From Spirogloea muscicola (taxonomy: Eukaryota): a stretch of 64,000 bases of DNA. The translations under genes were made by a program, and so were the position numbers. Location of the stretch: positions 259,378-323,377 of the forward strand of contig WELB01000013.1 of NCBI GenBank assembly GCA_009602725.1. The letters are read 5' to 3'. Under the pieces are notes generated by a model that saw only the letters and a program-made list of their open reading frames with translations, was not told the origin of the DNA and did not search any database. This document shows, piece by piece, positions 56,464 to 64,000 of the stretch. How positions within the stretch are numbered: the stretch's first letter is position 1; every line of letters starts with the position of its first letter.

Positions 56464-56651
56464 GCCGCCGCCGCCGTTGCCGCCGCCGCCGCCACCGCAG
56501 TCTTTTGCCAAAGGTGAGACCGAAGCCCTCCGGCGGCGGCGGCGGCGGCGGCGGCGGAGTCGGCGANGCGGCGGCACGGGCAGGTGGCGGCGGCGAGCTC
56601 TCTGGCAGTCAGGCCGGGTTACAGCGGCGGCGCTCTGCCATCGCCGCCGGG

Positions 56652-59600
56652 ATGGCCGCAGAGGCGGCGGCAGTGGTGGCGGCTGCCGGCGTGGCATGGA
56701 AGGCGGCGGCGCCGGCGGGGCCGTCGGCGGCTGCAGCGGCGGCGGGGCCGAGCAGGCGCTCCCACGACGGCGCCGATGCTGCTGCCAGGCAGCTGCGGTG
56801 CTTGCTGCGCAGACAGGCCGCCTCGCTCGTGACACAGGCCATGCCGCCCGGCGCAAGGGTTCCTGGACGGTCACGACGTGCAGGCGGCGCTGGCCGCCAC
56901 CGCTGCACCGCCGCCGCCGTGCAGGAGCTTGAGCCCGCCGTCAAATGTACGAAATGCTCCGCGAAAGCATTGGCCCCGTTGTAGTTGCTGGCGAAGAGCT
57001 CAGACCTGCCCGATCACGGTCGACAGTGCCAATGGAAATCACCACTTTCGTGCTCGCAGTGGAATCTCAACGGCCTCATGGTTGGTACACGGGAAGCGTT
57101 GAGAACTACCATAGTAGCCTCGAGTGATCAGTTGTGATTACCATCGCCGCCTGAATCCACGAACTGCAGGAGCATGATGTGTACGTCATGCTGCTCTTGA
57201 TTCGCAGTGCCGCAGCCTCGGAATGCTCCACGTCTGACCGTCCGGCTCGCGCTTCCCAGCAAGGGTCGCATGGCGGAGGACTGCCTCGAGCTTCTTAAGG
57301 TCAGCTGCTCGTGCCATTCACGAATATGGCAGAATGCGGCCCAGCAAGTGTGGTCGGCCAACAAAGGCGGCCTCTGCTATGGGCCATGTTCGCTCTTGCT
57401 TGACGCCACAGAAGCCTGCTTGTTCATTGCCAGAGAAGCATGAGGGCATGTTGGGACTGATTTTGCTGTTTGACCTTCCATCTTCAAGAGCAGTCTTGCC
57501 AACTCACCGTCTACAAACCAAACCCCCGGCAATACATTGCTGACATCAAAGAGGTAGTAGTCTCTCTGCGTGCTCTTAGCTTGACAGTGTCGCTTAGCAT
57601 CTGCAAGAAGCTTCTTGTATAGCTTGCATACTAGCATCAGTGAAGAAGCTTGTCCTGCTAATAGCAGTGGCTGAATTCTCTAACTGTTGGCCAGATACTG
57701 CAGCCTTTCACTTAGCGTAGATGTGTGAGCCAGTGTACACCACGCAGCAGCAGCCAGATGGAAATAAAGGCTCTCCTGAGACTGCTCAATGTAGCTGAAT
57801 TCCCATCTGTGCTTATGCTCTATGCGTTATGCTCTGCATCTGCCTGAGTAGATGGAAGGTTTGGAGGTGTGGTTCCAAAGAGCAAGCGACGTAGTGCGGA
57901 AGCTTAAGAACGGGGATGTTGACCTGGGTATTGTGGGCTATGACATGGTGCGAGAATTTGGGGAGGTAAGTCAATCTTGCGCTCAGTATCACATACATGG
58001 TCATCTGCTTAGATAGATTATTGCTTGATGCATTTGTCACTGTTTAGGGAGCCACTGGAGTGCACGGCTGGCAGTGGAACTGGCTTTTGTATAATTTCTC
58101 CATGCTTCACTTTAAATGAGGGACTATGGGGACTGCTGACACCATTAGTTATAATTTCGGAAAGGTGCATTTGACCAAGAGGACTGTTGCTGAATGCAGG
58201 ACGACTCAGACCTTATTGTTGTCCATGAGGCCCTTGGTTTTGGTGCCTGTCACCTGGCTATCGCTGTATGGTCCACTTAACCTGCATACTGAAGTCTCCC
58301 AAGCTTGTCTGAGGACAGTCCGTAGGCAGCTATGACTTTGCAGGATTTATCACCAAGTGCTTTGAAGCATACCTACACTCCCTTCTGCCTGCTGTAGACA
58401 ACATTTATCTCATCTCTTTTGGTGTTGCTGTTCATTACCGCTGATTTGGCAGCCCCATTTACACAGGTGCCTATGTATGGAATATTTGAAAACATAACCA
58501 CGCTTGAGGAGCTGACAGCCATGCCTCAATGGACAGCACATCACCCTTTGAGAATCGTCACGGGCTACACTTATGTGAGGCTAGACCATGCCAGCTTTCG
58601 ATTCCCTCCCATGTTTGCTTGGGGTTAGAGATCAGGGCTGTGGAGTCACAAGCTGCAGGTAACTATCTCATAAAGAGAAGTTGACCTCTGTGCAAGTCAA
58701 TCACCTGTGCAGCTTGGAGCACAATATCTTCAAGAGAAGGGCCTCAAGCACGTCAACATCCTGACTGCTGATGGTGCATTGGAGGCTCATCCTGCTGTAC
58801 GTCAGAGTACTATGTGTCACTGTACAAAGAAGTGGCAAGACCCAGAGCAAGTGAATGTCTTAGCTTGTGCAAGTCCTTGTGGACACAAGAGCTTACTGTC
58901 ACTGGCTTGTATGATAGCGATTGTGCACCATCTTTCACTGCTCTGATTATCCTTCATAACCACCAGACTTAGTGCTGTGCAGATGGGCACGGCAGACGCG
59001 ATTCTCGATCTTGTTAGCAGTGGGACAACCTTGAGGGAAAACAATCTGAAGGAGTTGAGAGGTGGCCGTGTGCTGGAGAGCCAGGTGAGATCATTGGACC
59101 AAAGGCTTCGATGTCTGGTTCCATGCACGACTGTCTCACTAAGCGTCCAGTAAATGCTCATAGAAGTTCTCAAGCAAAGCTTCTAAGGCTTACGTGCCAT
59201 ACATTGTGTTTCTTGCAAGCTGCTGTAGTACAATAATACTCATCCTTCTGAAAGAAATATTGCAGGGTGTTCTAGTGGCGAGTAGAAAGGCCTTGCTTGA
59301 GCGGAAAGGGGTAATGGAGGCGACACATGAGTTACTGGAAAGACTAGAGGCTCATCTTAAGGCCAAGGAGCTGTTCACAGTAAGCAGTACTCAATTAGGA
59401 CCAATGGTTGTGTTGCACATGGACTGCTGCAATCAATGTGCTCACCATCCTGGCTTTGAGCAGGATCGTTTTCAAGTACTGTCCTTTTGCATGGCAGTGA
59501 TAGATGATTCTGAGCAGCTGTTAAACATCTTACTCTTACTCTGGCTGTTGCATTCTGCGTGCAAAGGTGACTGCCAACATAAGAGGCACTTCGGAGGAGG

Positions 59601-60253
59601 AGGTTGCTGAGCGCATCTTGAACCAGACCTCATATCCAGGATTGCAGGTTTGCTCGCAGAGCTGCCCTATCATCTCCCTGGTCATAGGTAGTTCTGTCCC
59701 AGCATGCTCTTCCACAATACCGCATCATATTGTTACTGTTGCAATGCAGGGGCCAACTGTCAGCAAGGTCTTCACCAGCACTGAAAATGGCACAGTCAAG
59801 CTGGACTACTTTGCGCTGGTAGTCTGCGTGCCAAAAAAGCAGCTGTATGCAGCTGTTCGGGAGCTTCGTGCTGTAAGCACACCAGATTAGTATCTTCACC
59901 TTCAGAGAATGCTTAGAAGATTTTCAGTGGAGCTATCTGCTGCTACAGCGTTCCTGTGCATGACTTGCAAGGAAGAAGAATGTGCTGCTTAATTGCACAA
60001 TGCTTCTGACTGAAGGGCTTTGATGCTAAGAGAGCACAGAAGCTTTTCTTGTCCAGTGGTATTGGATCTGAATTGCTGCTGCTTACCAGCTTGTTCAGTC
60101 AAGCTCTGCTTCCAAAGAAGACGTATTATAACAATCTGGTTCGTACTGCAGGCTGGAGGCAGTGGGGTTCTGGTTTCGCCGTTGACATACATTTTTGACG
60201 AGGAAACACCCAGGTGGCGAGGGCTGCTGGACACATTGAGAGCAGGCCATTGA
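56652..60253 (+). CDS. HISN1: ATP phosphoribosyltransferase (long form, plastid-targeted), 12 exons
   Basis: Transit peptide, then [104 protein letters not shown]. Confidence 0.96.
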
Positions 60254-61006
60254 GCAGCGGGTTGTTTGCTGCGTTCTCAGTCTGTGTCACATGTTTGGAC
60301 TGTCAAGGGCTGTCCAAGGCTGGGTTAGGTGCTAAGTGCAAGGTGGAGAACAAAGGCCATAAGCTTATTCCCTCAACTTCCACAAAAATAGGAGGTAAAT
60401 GCTTGTCTTGTCACTTTGAAACTCTTGATACTTGCGAATTTGGTTCGCTTGATTGTCAGCTCGTTGTCTGCACACCCTGCGGATCTATCTATACGGTAAT
60501 TAAGAGTTGCAGGCAACAGTCACGTGTTACATGTCAAATGGTTGGAGTGTTTCCATCAGACTGCATGCACCACATCAAGGATAGCAGCACATCCTCTTCA
60601 GAACTAACAAATGAGAAGACGGTGGATAGTTCATAAGAAATTGGAAAATAATGTTGTTGAAGTATTAACGTTGTTTAATGTGTCCATGTGCACTTGCAAC
60701 TTTGCGACCCTTGGATAGACTTCAAACCATTACAGGTCTGCCAGCAGAACAAAGCAGCTCCTGATTGCTGAAATTCACAGCGATTGGAAAATGCACAAGG
60801 TGGGCACTCTTCATGGCCAACATGACAGGCATCCAGAATAATTGCATCCACAAAGTTTTGTTGCGAGTATTTGACTAACAAGAAAGGGCTGGAGTCTCAG
60901 GAGACAAGGGTGTGTATGCACAAGGCTAAGAATGAAAGTCTAATTTTAGGACACCCGCTGACTAGCTCAGGACTTCCTAAGCAAACAAGCCCTGGCTGGC
61001 CCTCAG

Positions 61007-61210
61007 TCACAGGCAGCAGTCACAGCAAATCTCGAAGATGAAGCAGCAGAAGAGGCACTCGCAGATGGAGCGGCAGCAGCCGTCGAAGCAGCCACGGCGC
61101 TCAGTGACAACCACAGCCTGCCGCTGTGGCGGCGGCCTCGCGTAGACCATGGCGGGCTGCTGCCTGGGGGCCGCGTACGCTGGCGGTGGCACGGCCACCT
61201 TCTGCGGCAT
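61007..61210 (-). CDS. CYSTM-like peptide (Pro/Gln-rich head, Cys-rich membrane tail), copy 2, 67 aa
   Basis: MPQKVAVPPPAYAAPRQQP...RRGCFDGCCRSICECLFCCFIFEICCDCCL*. Confidence 0.8.
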   Translation of the reverse strand: MPQKVAVPPPAYAAPRQQPAMVYARPPPQRQAVVVTERRGCFDGCCRSICECLFCCFIFEICCDCCL

Positions 61211-61341
61211 TATGGCGACACGCCTGGCGACCAGCGGCGAAGGTGGCACGGCAGCTCACGCCTCCAGGTACTCGCGGCAACGCAGCTCCAGGGCGCCGGA
61301 GTCGCCTAGACAGGCCCCGGGCCGGCAAGCTGCGCCGCCTT

Positions 61342-61533
61342 CTACCAGCAGCAGGGGCAGCAGACGTCGAGGAGCCAGCAGCAGAGGAGGCACTCGCAGA
61401 AGGCGCGGCAGCACGTCCGTTCGCGGCGCACCACCACGGCCTGGCCCCCGGCGGGGTACACCATCTTGGGCGCCACGGGCGCCGCGTACGCGCCCGGCGG
61501 CGCCTGCACGTACACGCGCTGCGGGATCGCCAT
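61342..61533 (-). CDS. CYSTM-like peptide, copy 1, 63 aa
   Basis: gccATGg; MAIPQRVYVQAPPGAYAAPVAP...RRERTCCRAFCECLLCCWLLDVCCPCCW*. Confidence 0.8.
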   Translation of the reverse strand: MAIPQRVYVQAPPGAYAAPVAPKMVYPAGGQAVVVRRERTCCRAFCECLLCCWLLDVCCPCCW

Positions 61534-61765
61534 GGCAGACCGGCCTCGGGCGGCCAACCTCGTCGAACCCCGAGGCACACCTCCGCAGCTCTCCGGCCGC
61601 GGTATTCCGCGACGGCCTGGCGCTCCCGGCGGCAGCGGCGGCGGCGGCGCCGGCGGCAACGGCGNGCGGCGCGGTGGCGGCGAGCGGCGTGGGAGGAAGC
61701 CGTGAATGCTGGCCTTGAGGCCGGCGTCGCGGGTTAGGGGAGGGGAGGCGGGGTAGGAGGGGAGG

Positions 61766-61775
61766 GACACGTGGC
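61766..61775 (+). promoter_or_regulatory. ABRE/G-box GACACGTGGC upstream of the CYSTM pair
   Basis: Same 10-mer as 18824-18833; CGCGTGGC nearby at 61822-61829. Confidence 0.45.
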
Positions 61776-61849
61776 GATGCGGAGGCGAGCGCATGATGCT
61801 GACCGAGCCACCGGCGGCCGCCGCGTGGCGCCATCCGGGAAGGGTGAGG

Positions 61850-62480
61850 CGAGAAGGCGTGCGGTGCGCATGTGATTAAGGATGAGGTATGCTAGAATAC
61901 GTCAATGCACTTGGTTCAAGGCGGAATAAGAGTGGGGCTACACTAAGCGAAACCCCATGCCAAGTGGTGGGGCTTACGGTAGCCGTGCGAAAGCGGGCTG
62001 AAGAGGGGAATCCAGTACCCATGAGTATAGCCTCCTCAGTATAGCTCGTCAGATATGCATGTGCTCACTCGGGGTTATTAGTGTCCCCCTTGGCCAGCTC
62101 ATTACCCAGTTAACAGGTCATTTGTAAGGCTAGGATTGGCCTCCCTTTCAATTTCATGCGCACCACGCGCCTTCTCTCATGAGTGAGATGTACGACCGAC
62201 ACGACACGCTAACTTGGAGAGCTGGAGCACCGCTATGAAAGCCTTTGGCCGGGCTTGACTCAGAGCGTGCCCAGCATGCTGATGAATAGCCAGAGCTTGG
62301 GAGCGCTGCAAAATAGCGAAAGCCGCATTCTGGGAAATGCGGATTTCACTAATTTAACTCCAAAGCTCTTGCTACTCATGAGCGAGCTGGGCGCGCCTTA
62401 GTCTGGCCACTGGCCTCCATGGTGGTGCTCCGGCTCCCTAGTTTAGCTGATCGGATGAATATGTGCACACTCGTGAGCAC
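61850..62480. mobile_element. Fourth island of REL non-LTR 3' fragments
   Basis: SSSDMHVLTRGY* at about 62043-62081 followed by a full type C UTR ending gcgcaccacgcgccttctctc (about 62178); further ORF-end relics at 62200-62335 (minus) and 62355-62482 (plus). Confidence 0.78.
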
Positions 62481-63794
62481 TGAAATTTATTTTGAACCTG
62501 CATTCACAGTATTACCTAGCCCCCCTTTGCATAGTGCTTCATTTCATGTAGCCCCTATTCTGCACTGGCTTTTGACTGAACAGCGTATTGCCTTCAATAG
62601 GCCCCCGTTTCGTTTCATGGGCACCGCCCTCCTTTCTCTCAGAGTGCAACTAACGGCGGCGGAGTGCTGGTATGCACGAGCTGCGTCTAGGACGATGCGC
62701 GTCAAATAGCTGGGCCAGATGCTGGAGAAATGACCAATTCTCATCGTAGCCGCCATGTCCACGGTGTCCATAGCGCACGGATAGAAGTAGTCTCCTCGGG
62801 AGTAGTCCTTGTTATTAGACTTCTGGACGACTCGTTTGACATCATGTTGAGTCCTTTGCAGGCCCTCACTCGTCCTGAACTCTTTCCTTCTCCGGAAGCT
62901 GTCAAGGAGCGCGAGAATCCTTGGCAAACAGCTGTTGCTTTTGACTTTCTGTAATCAACTCCTCAAAGCACGTTGCCCGCACCTAGAAGACGCACATTCT
63001 CGAGTGAAACTACATCTGATACAACGCCTCCTCTGAGCCCTGTGCTGCTGACATGTTTGCGGCAGCAGCTGCAGGCTGTATCCTAGCACCTCTGTGCCAG
63101 GTGCCCACGAGCTGCAGTACTGGGCCGTGGCAAGCGCAAGGGCGTCGATGTAAAATGTCGTCAATAAGTCGAGAAGAAGACAATTGCTGACATGCTAGCC
63201 TACGTAGTACACAATCCCAACGAAGTTGTTGGCCACTTTGACCAGGCTGACATGAAAGAGTCTGATAAGAAACCAACAGTAACAATTATTGTCAGTTGTC
63301 GAAGATCACAACACCGTCAATAAGTCAAGAACGTTTGAAATTTGACTATGTAGCATAAAAGCGTGCTTTAGGGTGCTTGGTAAACTGTCTCCAGAACCAG
63401 GAGTAGCGCAATGCCACTATCTACTGGATATAGTGTTCGCTAGCACTACGCGTGCGAGACCCCCAATCGGCGGCCGCCTATCTCTAAATGTCAATTTCTT
63501 CTCGGTACAAGCCAGCACCTTTTCTGTGTTCGTGAGTTTAGCAAGCAATGCAGCCAATGAATGCACGCAAGCAATCCATCTCGAGACGTGCACTCGAACA
63601 ACGAGCACAACACTCCAGGCGTAAAGACTTGCAAGAACAGTCCAAGGTTAAGATTGCTCACCGCACAGATAGAACGACTTCTCGCAGTTGCAGCGGGTCC
63701 GCGCAAAGCTCGCTATGCGTGCACGCCGTATGCGCCGGGCTCTACGCTCTCGCGGACGAGTGGACGCAGACGCGGGTGGGCGCAGGCGTGGCAG

Positions 63795-63800
<6 letters not shown>

Positions 63801-63825
<25 letters not shown>

Positions 63826-63974
63826 ATAGGGAGAAGAGAAGTGGTCCTCCACACTTAGCTTGAATCACCCCAGAGGTGGATGACCAAGCCTAGGAAGCCA
63901 CGGGCAGAGAGAAGTGGTCCTCCATCCTTGGCTTGAATCACACCCAAAGATGCATGAGTCAGCCTAGGAAGCCA
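63801..63974 (+). repeat. (GA)13 microsatellite followed by two diverged copies of a roughly 73-bp unit
   Basis: GA run 63801-63826; agagaagtggtcctcca...gcttgaatca...agcctaggaagcca at 63835-63900 and 63908-63974. Confidence 0.8.
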
Positions 63975-64000
63975 ATTGTCAAGCCAAGCCAGCTGTCCTA

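Noticed and set aside
62270..62347. CTGATGA...CGAAA hammerhead-like core (also near 14443)
   Set aside because: It is the antisense of the REL ORF codons (attcatcag), stems I and II do not pair, and the core is absent from the related copy near 13850

Overview
Gene-dense, intron-rich eukaryotic nuclear DNA from a green plant lineage, most likely a streptophyte alga (inferred from plant-type TRX x, B2 Raf kinase, SIK1, AHL, PSRP4-like and TTTAGGG-like tracts; species not determinable). I can reconstruct 14 protein-coding genes, 12 of them spliced at GT-AG junctions: DPH5, thioredoxin x, a UVR+HEAT+TPR protein, RluA-type pseudouridine synthase, PAS-domain Raf-like MAPKKK, Elongin A-like, DEAD-box helicase, HAL2-like PAP phosphatase, ELL/occludin protein, ribosomal protein S31/bTHX, SIK1-like MAP4K, ATP-PRT, and two tandem CYSTM peptides. 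Intergenic islands are mostly nested 3' fragments of one REL-endonuclease (CRE-like) non-LTR retrotransposon superfamily, plus an inverted pair of Ty1/copia relics. Most notable: (i) the retroelement ends in pyrimidine tails rather than poly(A) and leaves 16-61 bp TSD-flanked insertions, two of three inside its own relatives; (ii) an orphan (6-4) photolyase exon lies antisense 15 bp from the helicase start codon; (iii) two CYSTM ORFs are only 131 bp apart (possible dicistronic or splice-switched unit); (iv) both kinases have in-frame uORFs; (v) the same ABRE 10-mer lies upstream of the Raf kinase and the CYSTM pair. All assembly gaps fall in or beside GC-rich gene 5' ends, so several starts and junctions are uncertain. 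Family assignments come from recalled motifs, not database searches.
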